Source: Methanomethylovorans hollandica DSM 15978 (GTDB lineage Archaea; Halobacteriota; Methanosarcinia; Methanosarcinales; Methanosarcinaceae). From it: 64,000 nt of DNA. The translations under genes and the position numbers were made by a program. The notes beneath the pieces are model-generated. The model ran no database searches. It was not told the DNA's origin and saw only the letters and a program-made list of their open reading frames with translations. Of this stretch, positions 51,332 to 62,129 are shown in pieces; position 1 is the stretch's first letter, and every line of letters starts with the position of its first letter. Location: the NCBI RefSeq assembly GCF_000328665.1, contig NC_019977.1:1302001-1366000 (forward strand). The letters run 5' to 3'.

Positions 51332-53779
51332 CTATAGTTTTGATACAGACTCATTATTTATTCGATCAAAATACTTTGCAAGGGGTCTTTTAACCAATTC
51401 AGTTACAACAAAATATATTACTGCCAAAGACACGATCAAACCTAAATGAACCGGAGTAGGCGTTATAAATTCAAAGAACTTAGCTGTGGCAGGGATAATT
51501 GGCAATGCTATGGTCAAAACAACTGCTGCAATAGATAATAAAATGATTAGTGGCGCTGGCTTGCCTGCCTTTCCAATTGGCAACATCGAACGAATAGAGA
51601 ACATTAAGAGCAATTCCGTCAGCACACTGCCTATATACCAGTTTGTCTGAAGGACCGCTGGTGAAATTCTATAGAATAGACCAAAATACATAAAATCAAA
51701 AACCGTACTGACTAGTCCAAGTGTAACAAATATGATGTACATGGAACGAAAATCATATTTTTGAGGATATTCTATCTCTTTTTCAGATACCTTATCGAAA
51801 GCTATGGCCATCATCGGGAAGTCCGAAAGAAGGTTCAAAAGCAGCAGCTGCTTAGGCAACATCGGCAAAAAGCTGATAAGTAACGAACCCACGGCTACAG
51901 CATAAAAGTTACCAAAGTTTGAGACAAGCGTTGCTCTGATATATTTCAACGTATTGGCATGGGTTTCCCTACCAAGACGAATCCCATCCACAATAACACG
52001 GAGGTCATTCTCAAGCAGGATAATATCAGCTGTTTCACGCGATACGTCCGAAGCCGATTGAACAACCATTGATACATCAGCCGCTTTAAGTGCAGGCGCA
52101 TCATTGATGCCTTCACCAAGGAAGCCGACTGTGAACTGTGCCTTCAGCAATTTAATTAATTCCAGTTTCTGCTGTGGTGTTGTACGAGCAAATACACGTA
52201 TGGAGCCCATTTTTTTATACTGTTCGGTACTAGGTAAGCTCAGGAAATCCGATGCTGTTATAACCTCACTGTTGTCAGAAACCAATCCTGCCTCTCTTCC
52301 TATTGCTTGAGCAACAATTAAAGCATCTCCTGTTATGATTGTGATGGCTACATTCAAACGTTTTGCCATTTTCACGGTTTCAACAGTTGTCGCCTTCAAT
52401 TTGTCAACAAAGGATACAAAGCCTCCAAATTTTGCTCCGTTGCCGTCATCATAGCTGACTCCAAGTACCCGATGTCCAAGTTTTTCTTCATCTTCAAGCC
52501 AACTCCCGATTATTTGATCATCAATTAGCCCCTGAGTATCAAAATATTCGGGACTGCCTCTTCTTATATGTAATTGAGTTCCATCAGTATGAATTACAAC
52601 AGCTCCATTGCTGCGAACAGCAGGATCAAAAGCTTCCTGTGTTATAATTTTATATTCATCTACTTCTTTTCGCTGCTCTGGGCTCAGGGACTCATCTGAT
52701 GCGCGATCAAAAGGTTCAGGAATTCTTTCTTTTAATCCGATAGCTGCCAGCCTTGATAGAATGAGTGGATGATAAGGCGAGGATGGCATCTTGAATGCAT
52801 TGGTTAATCTGAGTTGGTTTTCAGTTATTGTACCTGTTTTGTCTGTGCAAAGCAGATTGACAGATCCAAGATCCTGAACTGAAGTTAGTCTCTTAACAAC
52901 TACCTTTCTTTTGGCAAACTGGAGAGCACCATTAGAGAGAGCAAAGGTGAGTACAAGAGGCAGCGCCTCCGGTATAACTGAAACTGCTAGCGCAATAGCA
53001 AAAATTAGCAGTTGAGGAAAGTCAGTATCTTTTCCTTCAATAAAGGCATTTGCCAGCACAATAAACAGCAGCGTAATCAGAGTTGTTTTCAGTATAAATT
53101 TACTAATGCGGTCAATACCTTTAACGAGCTCACTTTCAGCCTGAACTTCTGATGCTGTTTTTGCAATCCCGGCAAGCTTCGTGTTAATCCCGGTTGCAGT
53201 GACTTCAGCCAGTGCATTCCCGCTAACAATGACAATGCCCTGCAACAATCGATTCTCATCTGTTATCGTCTGATCGTCAGACAATACAGCCTGCTTTATA
53301 ACCGGTATGCTCTCCCCTGTAAAAGTAGTCTCATCAACCTGCAAACTTCTTACTTCCCGGACTATACAATCAGCAGGAACAATATCTCCCGATTCCAGAT
53401 TCAGAACATCTCCAGGCACAATCTGATCCGTCGAAACCTCTTGATCCTCACCGTCCCGAATCACGGTTATGGTACTGCGCAGATAAGATTTCAACTTATC
53501 AGCTGCTGCATTTGATTTATACTCCTGATATACATTGAGTGCAGTTCCCATGAACACGAAAAAAAGAATGAATGCCGCATCAATGGGTTCACCCAAGAGA
53601 TACGTCACAACCGCCGCGGCAATCAATAGCAGATTGAAAATACCTTTGAATTGACGGAGTATAAGTTTTAAGAATCTATGCCGTGGAACAGGTAATGAAT
53701 TTGGCCCGTATTCCCTTAATCGCTTTTGAGCCTCTTCCTTAGTCAGCCCTTTTACCGTATTTATCATTTGTATTAACAT
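51332..53779 (-). CDS. Cation-transporting P-type ATPase (MgtA/Ca-type-like)
   Basis: TGES, IPEALP, DKTGT, GEGINDAPAL. Confidence 0.9.
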   Translation of the reverse strand: MLIQMINTVKGLTKEEAQKRLREYGPNSLPVPRHRFLKLILRQFKGIFNLLLIAAAVVTYLLGEPIDAAFILFFVFMGTALNVYQEYKSNAAADKLKSYLRSTITVIRDGEDQEVSTDQIVPGDVLNLESGDIVPADCIVREVRSLQVDETTFTGESIPVIKQAVLSDDQTITDENRLLQGIVIVSGNALAEVTATGINTKLAGIAKTASEVQAESELVKGIDRISKFILKTTLITLLFIVLANAFIEGKDTDFPQLLIFAIALAVSVIPEALPLVLTFALSNGALQFAKRKVVVKRLTSVQDLGSVNLLCTDKTGTITENQLRLTNAFKMPSSPYHPLILSRLAAIGLKERIPEPFDRASDESLSPEQRKEVDEYKIITQEAFDPAVRSNGAVVIHTDGTQLHIRRGSPEYFDTQGLIDDQIIGSWLEDEEKLGHRVLGVSYDDGNGAKFGGFVSFVDKLKATTVETVKMAKRLNVAITIITGDALIVAQAIGREAGLVSDNSEVITASDFLSLPSTEQYKKMGSIRVFARTTPQQKLELIKLLKAQFTVGFLGEGINDAPALKAADVSMVVQSASDVSRETADIILLENDLRVIVDGIRLGRETHANTLKYIRATLVSNFGNFYAVAVGSLLISFLPMLPKQLLLLNLLSDFPMMAIAFDKVSEKEIEYPQKYDFRSMYIIFVTLGLVSTVFDFMYFGLFYRISPAVLQTNWYIGSVLTELLLMFSIRSMLPIGKAGKPAPLIILLSIAAVVLTIALPIIPATAKFFEFITPTPVHLGLIVSLAVIYFVVTELVKRPLAKYFDRINNESVSKL

Positions 53780-53983
53780 CCTTAATCATGTATACGATCA
53801 ATATCCGAGCTTTTTTAAGACATTGACTAATCAATATTTCCTTCATACCTCATTCCAGCATAACATGAATCATGCAATATCCGATCCCTTTGAAAACAAT
53901 ATTCAGTCTTTCATATCTGCTTGATACCTTTCTAAATCCCATCTCCTATTATGCAAAGAATCATGTTATTGTTCCTCTTTTAT

Positions 53984-54305
53984 GGCTTTGTATCTAAAAA
54001 GCTGTAAAATATGATAGTTCTGTACCTTAGTAGAATATTGCGAACAACTCGGAAGATACAAGACCATGAATCTATATGACCTGTTAGAAGATTATTTTGT
54101 CGATAGAAAGGATAGATAAGGAAATCAAAAGAAGGAACAAAGTCATTGGTACATTTCTCAATGAGGAAGCTCTATTGAGATTTTCAGTCTTAATATCGAT
54201 CGATATCAATAAAGAGTACATCACTGGAAACAAATATGTATCTATGAAGGAGTAAGAATATACCAGAGCTACAGGGGGAATTTACGGCAAAATGGGGACG
54301 CTGCC
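53984..54305 (+). mobile_element. Internally deleted IS256-family relic (MITE-like)
   Basis: Imperfect ends GGCTTTGT...GCTGTAAAAT / ATTTACGGC...ACGCTGCC; MNLYDLLEDYF start joined to ERIDKEIKRRNKVIGTFLNEEALLR C-terminus. Confidence 0.7.
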
Positions 54306-54401
54306 AAAATGGTGCTTATGTACGTAGAAAAAGAGTTTTGAAACAGGTTCGTAATTCACCGACTTGCAGAATAATAAATTAAAGGCTTACGGGGGTAACT
54401 T

Positions 54402-55844
54402 ATGAGAAACGGTATATTGATGCAATATTTTGAATATGCAATGGCAAATGACGGTCAGCACTGGAAGAACTTAAAAGCTGACGCTCATCATTTAAGTGAA
54501 ATGGGAATTACAGCTGTTTGGATACCACCTTGTTTCAAGGGTACCTCTTCCAGTGATACAGGCTACAGTGTGTATGATCTATATGATTTGGGAGAATTTG
54601 ACCAGAAGGGTACCATAAGAACGAAGTACGGAACTAAAGATGAGCTGATCGAAGCTATTAATGCACTGCATGAAAAAGGAATACAGGTATATGCCGACAT
54701 AGTGCTAAACCATAAAGCCGGAAGCGATGGAACTCAGACCTTTAAGGTGGTTGAGGTTGAATTTAACGATAGAACCAAAGTTATTTCAGATCCTTATGAT
54801 ATTAAAGGCTGGACTAAATTCACCTTCCCGGGAAGAAATAATAAATATTCTGATTTTAAATGGTCCTTTGAGCATTTTACAGGAGTTGATTACAATGAAG
54901 CAAACGGAAAGACTGCCGTATATAAAATTCTCGGAGATAACAAGGATTGGGCAGAGAACGTTGATAAAGACCTCGGCAACTTTGATTATTTGATGTTTGC
55001 GAATATTGACTTTGATCATCCGGACGTTAAAAACGAAATATACAAATGGTTCAAGTGGTTCGTAAATGAAACAAAAGTCGATGGTGTGAGAATTGATGCA
55101 ATCAAGCATATAAATCAGGATTTTATCAAAGAGTTCTTAAAGTTCATTAAAAAAGAGCAGGGTGAAGAGTTCTATGTTGTAGGCGAGTATTGGCAATCAA
55201 ACCATGAGGTATTAGACGATTATCTGGAAGAACATCTTCTGGATATGTATGATGTTCCATTGCATTTTAATTTCCATAGGGCATCTAAAGAGAGTAACAG
55301 CTTTGATATGAGGACAATTTTCGACAATTCATTAGTTAAAACTCATCCCCAGCTTGCAGTAACCTTTGTAGACAACCACGACTCACAACCGATGCAGGCA
55401 TTAGAATCCTTTGTGGAGGATTGGTTCAAACCGCTGGCGTATGCATTGATCCTGTTAAGAAAGGATGGTTATCCTACGATATTTCACGGAGATTACTACG
55501 GAATTGCTAATGTAGAAGGACACAGGCCAATGCAAAATGTTATTGACAATTTGATCAGAATCAGAAAAGAGAATGCTTACGGAGAACAACAGGATTATTT
55601 CGATCATGGAAACACAATCGGCTGGATAAGGCTCGGAACCGAAGAGCATCCTAACGGCTGTGCAGTAGTATTAACGAACGGATCAGACGGAGAAAAGGAT
55701 ATGTATGTGGGGCAGATCCATTCGGATGAGATATGGATTGATCGTGTGGGCAATAATCCTGCAGAAGTAGTTATTGATGAACAGGGAAAGGGGACATTTC
55801 CAGTTTCGGGAGGTTCGGTTTCCTGCTATACAAAAAAAGAATAG
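54402..55844 (+). CDS. Cytoplasmic alpha-amylase, GH13 (Bacillus/AmyA-like)
   Basis: MQYFE, GYSVYDLYDLGEFDQKG, RIDAIKH, VGEYW, FVDNHDSQ; no signal peptide. Confidence 0.93.
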   Translation: MRNGILMQYFEYAMANDGQHWKNLKADAHHLSEMGITAVWIPPCFKGTSSSDTGYSVYDLYDLGEFDQKGTIRTKYGTKDELIEAINALHEKGIQVYADIVLNHKAGSDGTQTFKVVEVEFNDRTKVISDPYDIKGWTKFTFPGRNNKYSDFKWSFEHFTGVDYNEANGKTAVYKILGDNKDWAENVDKDLGNFDYLMFANIDFDHPDVKNEIYKWFKWFVNETKVDGVRIDAIKHINQDFIKEFLKFIKKEQGEEFYVVGEYWQSNHEVLDDYLEEHLLDMYDVPLHFNFHRASKESNSFDMRTIFDNSLVKTHPQLAVTFVDNHDSQPMQALESFVEDWFKPLAYALILLRKDGYPTIFHGDYYGIANVEGHRPMQNVIDNLIRIRKENAYGEQQDYFDHGNTIGWIRLGTEEHPNGCAVVLTNGSDGEKDMYVGQIHSDEIWIDRVGNNPAEVVIDEQGKGTFPVSGGSVSCYTKKE

Positions 55845-55900
55845 TACAAAAGCTTTTAAGAAGGTTTAATTGAGCAAATTATGAATGGGGGTAATAGTGT

Positions 55901-56671
55901 ATGGTTAATAATTTATTTGATCTAAGTGGCAAAGTTGCGATTGTAACTGGTGCCTCCAGTGGATTAGGGATTCAGTTCGCTAAAGCATTAGCTAGTGCCG
56001 GAGCAAATATTACGATTGCAGCAAGAAGAGTTGAGAAGTTAAAAGCACTTGAGATAGAACTGGAGAAATTTGGCATAAAGTGTCTCACAGTAAAGTGCGA
56101 TGTTTTAAACGAAGATGATATTATAAATGTAGTCGAACGCACAGTTGAAGAATTTGGGAAAATCGATATTCTGGTAAATAACGCAGGAACCTCTTCTTCT
56201 GCGCAGGCGGAAGATTTGACTGGGGAAGAATGGGATACAGTACTTAATACAAATCTTAGAGGTGTGTTTTTCTTCTCAAAGCATGCTGCAAAAAAGATGA
56301 AAGAACGCAATTATGGAAGAATAATTAACATAACTTCAATGTATGGTGTAATTGGAAATACACAAAATCCACTCTCTTCCTATCATGCATCAAAAGGGGG
56401 AGTAACCAATCTTACTCGAGCACTAGCAGGAGAGTGGGCAAAATATGGAATTACCGTAAATGCCATAGGACCTGGATTCTTTGAATCTGAAATGACAAAG
56501 GAAATGGTTTCTGATGATAGTTTTAAGGATTTTGTTCGGTCAAGATGTCCTATGAAACGAATTGGTAAACCGGGTGAGATGGATGGTTTACTGATATACC
56601 TTGCATCTGACAATTCTAGTTATTTGACAGGACAAGATATCTGTGTTGACGGTGGATGGACTGCTGTATAA
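55901..56671 (+). CDS. SDR family oxidoreductase
   Basis: TGASSGLG, NNAG, YHASK. Confidence 0.93.
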   Translation: MVNNLFDLSGKVAIVTGASSGLGIQFAKALASAGANITIAARRVEKLKALEIELEKFGIKCLTVKCDVLNEDDIINVVERTVEEFGKIDILVNNAGTSSSAQAEDLTGEEWDTVLNTNLRGVFFFSKHAAKKMKERNYGRIINITSMYGVIGNTQNPLSSYHASKGGVTNLTRALAGEWAKYGITVNAIGPGFFESEMTKEMVSDDSFKDFVRSRCPMKRIGKPGEMDGLLIYLASDNSSYLTGQDICVDGGWTAV

Positions 56672-56747
56672 TCATTAAAAAGAAAATATACTTTTTGTAG
56701 TCACCTGTGGATGATGGAGTTAGCAGCTGAAAAGTACCATTATAGTC

Positions 56748-56993
56748 TTAAGGGATACTTATTTGCCTCACGGTCTGAGTAGCCTTCCCCTGCTTGTCCG
56801 GAGGATATCCATACTTAGGTAATATCCTCTTCACAAGCACACACATCTGTGAAAGGACATTCTCACGAACGGTACAGTCAATAGTAACATTGGAAAGCAC
56901 AGTGTTTACCAGCTCCTGTGCCATTGTCCGCATGGTCTCATCACCTAACACTTTAACAGCACTATCATTCTTTTCCAGTGCATCATAGAAAAG
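56748..56993 (-). pseudogene. Degenerate HsdR C-terminal (DUF3387) fragment
   Basis: [11 protein letters not shown]...TID.TVRE....[15 protein letters not shown] parallels the tail of HsdR at 15590-15820. Confidence 0.8.
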
Positions 56994-57133
56994 TGGGACA
57001 CGTTTATTACTTTTGACTGTAATATTTTGGTAGCTACTATATGTGATTACAGATGAAAATACCAAACCTTAAAGGAAAACAATATGCATCTCACATCTTC
57101 ATCTAAACGTAGCTTCTATCGGTGGTATAGATA

Positions 57134-59530
57134 ATGGCCTTGAAAAAATCAGAACTTTATTCTTCTCTCTGGTCCAGCTGTGATGAACTGCGTGGAGGTA
57201 TGGATGCCAGCCAGTACAAAGACTATGTGCTGGTGCTATTGTTCATCAAGTACGTAAGTGACAAATACGCAGGTGTTCCCTATGCACCCATCACTATTCC
57301 GGAAGGTGCAAGCTTTGCGGATATGGTTGCACTTAAGGGTAAGCCGGATATCGGCGACCAGATCAACAAGAAGATAATTGCTCCATTAGTCAGTGCCAAC
57401 AAACTGTCTGATATGCCAGACTTCCACGATGCTACTAAACTTGGCAGCGGTAAGGAGCAGGTGGACAGGCTGACCAACCTCATCGCCATCTTCGAGAACC
57501 CGGCCCTTGATTTCTCAAAGAACCGCGCTGAAGGCGATGATATCTTGGGTGACGCTTACGAGTACCTTATGAGGCACTTCGCAACGGAAAGCGGTAAGAG
57601 CAAGGGCCAGTTCTATACTCCTGCCGAGGTAAGCCGGATCATTGCACAGATACTTGGAATACGTCAGGCTGATACCACAAGTTCCACCACGGCCTATGAT
57701 CCTACATGCGGTTCAGGCTCTCTGCTTTTGAAGGTTGCAGATGAGGCGAGGACCAAGATAACTCTCTACGGTCAGGAGAAGGACGCTGCTACATCGGGTC
57801 TTGCTCGCATGAACATGATCCTGCATAACAATCCTGAAGCTCTTATATGGCAGGGTAATACCCTTGCAGACCCCAAGTTCGTTGAGGACGGTATACTCAA
57901 GACCTTCGATTATGTGGTCGCCAATCCTCCTTTCAGCGATAAGCGCTGGAGTACTGGTCTGGACCCTCTACACGATACTTATGAACGTTTCAAGCCCTTT
58001 GGCATTCCGCCTGCCAAGCAGGGAGATTATGCTTATCTGCTGCATATTGTCCGCTCACTCAAGAGTACAGGCAAAGGTGCTTGTATTCTGCCCCATGGCG
58101 TGCTGTTTCGTGGCAATGCAGAGGCAGACATTCGCCGTAATCTGATACGCAAAGGATACATCAAGGGTATCATTGGCCTGCCAGCCAACCTGTTCTACGG
58201 TACCGGCATCCCTGCATGCATCATTGTTATCGATAAAGAGGAAGCCCATAACCGCAAGGGTATCTTTATGATCGATGCCAGTGCGGATTTTATGAAAGAT
58301 GGTCCCAAGAACCGGCTGCGTGCCCGGGATATCCATAAGATCGTGGATGTTTTCACAAAGCAGACAGACATCCCGAAATACTCGCGGATGGTGAGCTTTG
58401 AGGAGATCGGGAAGAACGAGTTCAACCTTAATCTTCCGCGCTATATTGACAGCCAGCAGGCTGAGGACCTGCAGGATATCGAAGGCCATCTGCATGGTGG
58501 TATTCCCACTGCTGATGTGGATGCATTACAGCGTTACTGGGATGTCTGTCCAGAGCTTCGGCAAACCCTGTTCAAAGCGAATAGACCCAATTATCTGGCC
58601 CTTGCAGTGGATAAAGCTGCTATTAAATCCACTATCTACGAGCATCCTGAGTTCTCTGCTTTTATCTCTGGCATGAATGCGCATTTTGCTGTGTGGCAGG
58701 AGCAAGCTTCGGCTATGCTGCGAGAATTGCAGGCGGACAGCCATCCGAAGGAAGTTATAGCCAAGTTATCCGAAGACCTGCTTGCTCATTACGCAGATAA
58801 ACCACTCATCAGCCAATACGATGTGTATCAGCATCTGATGGATTACTGGGAGACAACGATGCAGGATGACTGTTACCTTATTGCAGATGAAGGCTGGAAA
58901 GCTAAGACCTATCGTATCATCGAGAAGGATAAGAAAGGCAAGGAGAAGGACAAGGGCTGGACCTGTGACCTTGTGCCAAAGTCCTTCATCGTAGCCCGTT
59001 TCTTCGCCAAAGAGCAGGAGATTGTGGATAAGCTTACGGCTGAGCTGGAAAGTGTCACAGCCCGCAGCACAGAACTGGAAGAAGAAAACAGCGGTGAAGA
59101 AGGTGCTTTTTCAGAACTTGATAAGGTGAACAAAGCTAATGTAACAGCTCGCCTGAAGGAGATCAAAGGCGACAGGGAAGCTCAGGAAGAAGCTGCTGTA
59201 CTTAATGACTGGCTGCAACTTGCCAATGAGGAAGCTGACCTGAAGAAACACCTCAAGGATGCCGAAAATGCACTTGATGCCAAAGCTTATGCTCACTACC
59301 CACAGCTTACCGAGGACGACATCAAGACGCTGGTAGTGGACGACAAATGGCTCACTGCACTGGATACTGCCATCCATGGCGAAATGGACCGTATCAGCCA
59401 ATCCCTCACCCAGCGTGTGAAGGAACTCGCAGAGCGCTATGAAACCCCCATGCCTCTGATGACAGAACGTGTGGCTCAACTGGAAGCAAAAGTGAATGGG
59501 CACTTGGAGAGGATGGGGTTTAGGCTATGA
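57134..59530 (+). CDS. hsdM: Type I R-M methyltransferase subunit (long form)
   Basis: DELRGGMDASQYKDY, GQFYTP, DPTCGSG, ANPPF. Confidence 0.96.
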   Translation: MALKKSELYSSLWSSCDELRGGMDASQYKDYVLVLLFIKYVSDKYAGVPYAPITIPEGASFADMVALKGKPDIGDQINKKIIAPLVSANKLSDMPDFHDATKLGSGKEQVDRLTNLIAIFENPALDFSKNRAEGDDILGDAYEYLMRHFATESGKSKGQFYTPAEVSRIIAQILGIRQADTTSSTTAYDPTCGSGSLLLKVADEARTKITLYGQEKDAATSGLARMNMILHNNPEALIWQGNTLADPKFVEDGILKTFDYVVANPPFSDKRWSTGLDPLHDTYERFKPFGIPPAKQGDYAYLLHIVRSLKSTGKGACILPHGVLFRGNAEADIRRNLIRKGYIKGIIGLPANLFYGTGIPACIIVIDKEEAHNRKGIFMIDASADFMKDGPKNRLRARDIHKIVDVFTKQTDIPKYSRMVSFEEIGKNEFNLNLPRYIDSQQAEDLQDIEGHLHGGIPTADVDALQRYWDVCPELRQTLFKANRPNYLALAVDKAAIKSTIYEHPEFSAFISGMNAHFAVWQEQASAMLRELQADSHPKEVIAKLSEDLLAHYADKPLISQYDVYQHLMDYWETTMQDDCYLIADEGWKAKTYRIIEKDKKGKEKDKGWTCDLVPKSFIVARFFAKEQEIVDKLTAELESVTARSTELEEENSGEEGAFSELDKVNKANVTARLKEIKGDREAQEEAAVLNDWLQLANEEADLKKHLKDAENALDAKAYAHYPQLTEDDIKTLVVDDKWLTALDTAIHGEMDRISQSLTQRVKELAERYETPMPLMTERVAQLEAKVNGHLERMGFRL

Positions 59531-60777
59531 GTACAGAATCAGTTGCTGAGAGCATACCACCGGGATATAAGCAGACTGAGGTGGGGGTGATACCGGAGGA
59601 TTGGGAAATTGTAACATTAGGCAATGTTGTTACCAAGTTTATACATGGCGGTACACCCTCTACTAAACATGAAGATTATTGGAAAGGAGATATTCCTTGG
59701 ATAACAGGTGCAGATATTCTTAATCAACAAGTTTCAGAAATAAGGCGGTTGATTACTACGGATGCTGTTAAGAATAGTTCCACAAACATCGTAAACAAGG
59801 GCAATCTCTTACTCGTTTCAAGGACCGGCGTAGGTAAGTTGGCAATTGCATCTTGCGATATAGCAATAAGCCAAGATTTTACTGGTATATGCACCAAAAA
59901 CGATAATCTGAGTACTGAATATCTCTTTAGATTCCTTGATATGAACCAATCTTTTTTAAAAAATCAGAATCAAGGAACTTCAATATTAGGAATAACGAGA
60001 GAAACTCTTTCATCAATTCTTATTTTTTTCCCTCCCACCCTCGCCGAACAAGAAGCCATCGCCACCGCACTCTCCGATACGGATGCCCTCATAGAATCCC
60101 TGGAGCAGCTCATCGCCAAGAAACGCCAGATCAAGCAAGGTGCTATGCAGGAGTTGCTGACTGGGAAGAGGAGGCTGCCGGGGTTTGAAGTAAAAAAAGG
60201 TTACAAGCATACAGAGATAGGGATGATTCCAGAGGATTGGGTAGTTAAAACTCTTGGATCATTCTGTGAAATTGTTGCTGGTCGTGACTTAGTAAGAGAT
60301 GACTTTTCGCCAATTGATAGTGATATGCACAAATTCCCTATATACTCAAATTCAATTGCTGATAAGGGGCTTTACGGATATTCTAAATCTTACCAGTATG
60401 AACCAGATAAAATCACAGTTACAGCTAGAGGTGACGTTGGACATGCATTCTACCGAAGCATGAAGTTTAGTGCAATAGGACGTTTGCTCGTTTTGTCATC
60501 ACAGCAGCAGTATGATCTTCGATTTATTACTGAATATATTAACAATTTCGTAGATTTCGCTCTTGAAAGCACGGGTGTACCTCAACTCACTGCCCCACAA
60601 ATATCTAAATATGCCATTGCTCTCCCATCCAACATAACCGAACAAACTGCCATCGCCACCATCCTCTCCGATATGGATGCAGAGATCACCGCATTAGAAG
60701 AAAAACTTTCCAAGACCCGCCAGATCAAGCAGGGTATGATGCAGGAACTGCTTACAGGGAGGATACGATTGGTATGA
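59527..60777 (+). CDS. hsdS: Type I R-M specificity subunit
   Basis: GYKQTEVGVIPEDW repeat, EQ.AIAT.LSD.DA, KQG.MQELLTG. Confidence 0.95.
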   Translation: MSTESVAESIPPGYKQTEVGVIPEDWEIVTLGNVVTKFIHGGTPSTKHEDYWKGDIPWITGADILNQQVSEIRRLITTDAVKNSSTNIVNKGNLLLVSRTGVGKLAIASCDIAISQDFTGICTKNDNLSTEYLFRFLDMNQSFLKNQNQGTSILGITRETLSSILIFFPPTLAEQEAIATALSDTDALIESLEQLIAKKRQIKQGAMQELLTGKRRLPGFEVKKGYKHTEIGMIPEDWVVKTLGSFCEIVAGRDLVRDDFSPIDSDMHKFPIYSNSIADKGLYGYSKSYQYEPDKITVTARGDVGHAFYRSMKFSAIGRLLVLSSQQQYDLRFITEYINNFVDFALESTGVPQLTAPQISKYAIALPSNITEQTAIATILSDMDAEITALEEKLSKTRQIKQGMMQELLTGRIRLV

Positions 60778-62129
60778 AAGAGAACCAGCATGTTGAATGG
60801 AAGGAGAACTGGAGAGACGAATATCTGAAATGGATATGCGGGTTTGCAAATGCTGACGGCGGTCTGCTGGTTATCGGGCGCAATGACCGGGGCGTGACTG
60901 TGGGTGTAAGCAATGCACGCAAACTGCTTGAAGACCTTCCCAACAAAGTCCGAGACGTGCTGGGGATCATGGTGGACGTTCGCGTGGTCGAAGAAAACGG
61001 CAAGGAATTGATCGAAATCAGGGTTGAATCATATCCCAGTCCCGTCAGCTACAAAGGTGAGTACCACTACCGCAGCGGCAGCACCAAACAGGAACTCAAA
61101 GGCGCTGCACTGGAGCAATTCCTGCTGAAGAAACGCGGAAGGCACTGGGATGGAGTGCTGGAACCATCGTTCACCGCACGATCTTGCAGCACCGAGGCCA
61201 TTAGACTGTTCAAGGAAAAGGCCATGAAAAGTGGTCGTATGGGCCGGGCCGTGTTGCATGACAGCACAGAGGTTATACTCGAGAATCTGGAACTCGTGGA
61301 GAAGCACGGCTTGAAACGTGCTGCATGCCTGCTATTTTCTGACCGCCCGGAACAATTTGTCAGCGGGTCCTGGATCAAGATCGGCTTCTTTGTGACAGAT
61401 GACGACCTTCAGTATCAGGATGAGGTACATGGCAATCTCTTCGATCAGGTCGAAAAAACACTGGAGCTTCTGCACACCAAATATCTGAAAGCCTACATCA
61501 GTTATCAGGGCCTGCAACGTGTGGAAACCTTCCTCTTCCCCTACGCTGCACTGCGTGAAGCACTGCTCAATGCAGTCGTGCACAAGGACTACAGCAGCGG
61601 TATCCCTATTCAGATCAGTGTATATAACAACAAAATAGTTCTCTGGAATCCCGGCAACCTCCCCGAAAACTGGACAATGGAAAGGCTACTGGGCAAGCAT
61701 CCATCCAGACCTTTCAATCCACTGCTTGCCAATGCTTTCTTCCGGGTAGGTTATATAGAGGCATGGGGCCGCGGTATCGAGAAGATCAACCGTGAATGCA
61801 GAGAGCACGACATACAGCCACCAGAATATGATTTTGGTATGGCAGGTCTGATGCTGACGTTCCAGGCCAATCCGGCCCATATGCGTGCAGACATTTTGGA
61901 TCAGGGTAGTACTACCCCAATTGCTACCCCGATTACTACCCCAATTACTACCCAGGACAAACTGGTATCCTTGATCCTTGCGAAACCTGAGATCTCTCAA
62001 CAAGAACTGGCAGAGGCCCTGGGCCTGACCCGTGGTGGTATTAAATATCACCTGAATAAAATGAAGCTGGATGGGGTGCTCCGACATGTTGGTCCGGCCA
62101 GAGGTGGAAGTTGGGAGGTTTTGAAATGA
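60774..62129 (+). CDS. AlbA_2 (Schlafen-like) plus HATPase-like plus C-terminal HTH protein
   Basis: ENQHVEWK...GFANADGG, ALREALLNAVVHKDY, IEAWGRG, terminal HTH. Confidence 0.85.
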   Translation: MKENQHVEWKENWRDEYLKWICGFANADGGLLVIGRNDRGVTVGVSNARKLLEDLPNKVRDVLGIMVDVRVVEENGKELIEIRVESYPSPVSYKGEYHYRSGSTKQELKGAALEQFLLKKRGRHWDGVLEPSFTARSCSTEAIRLFKEKAMKSGRMGRAVLHDSTEVILENLELVEKHGLKRAACLLFSDRPEQFVSGSWIKIGFFVTDDDLQYQDEVHGNLFDQVEKTLELLHTKYLKAYISYQGLQRVETFLFPYAALREALLNAVVHKDYSSGIPIQISVYNNKIVLWNPGNLPENWTMERLLGKHPSRPFNPLLANAFFRVGYIEAWGRGIEKINRECREHDIQPPEYDFGMAGLMLTFQANPAHMRADILDQGSTTPIATPITTPITTQDKLVSLILAKPEISQQELAEALGLTRGGIKYHLNKMKLDGVLRHVGPARGGSWEVLK

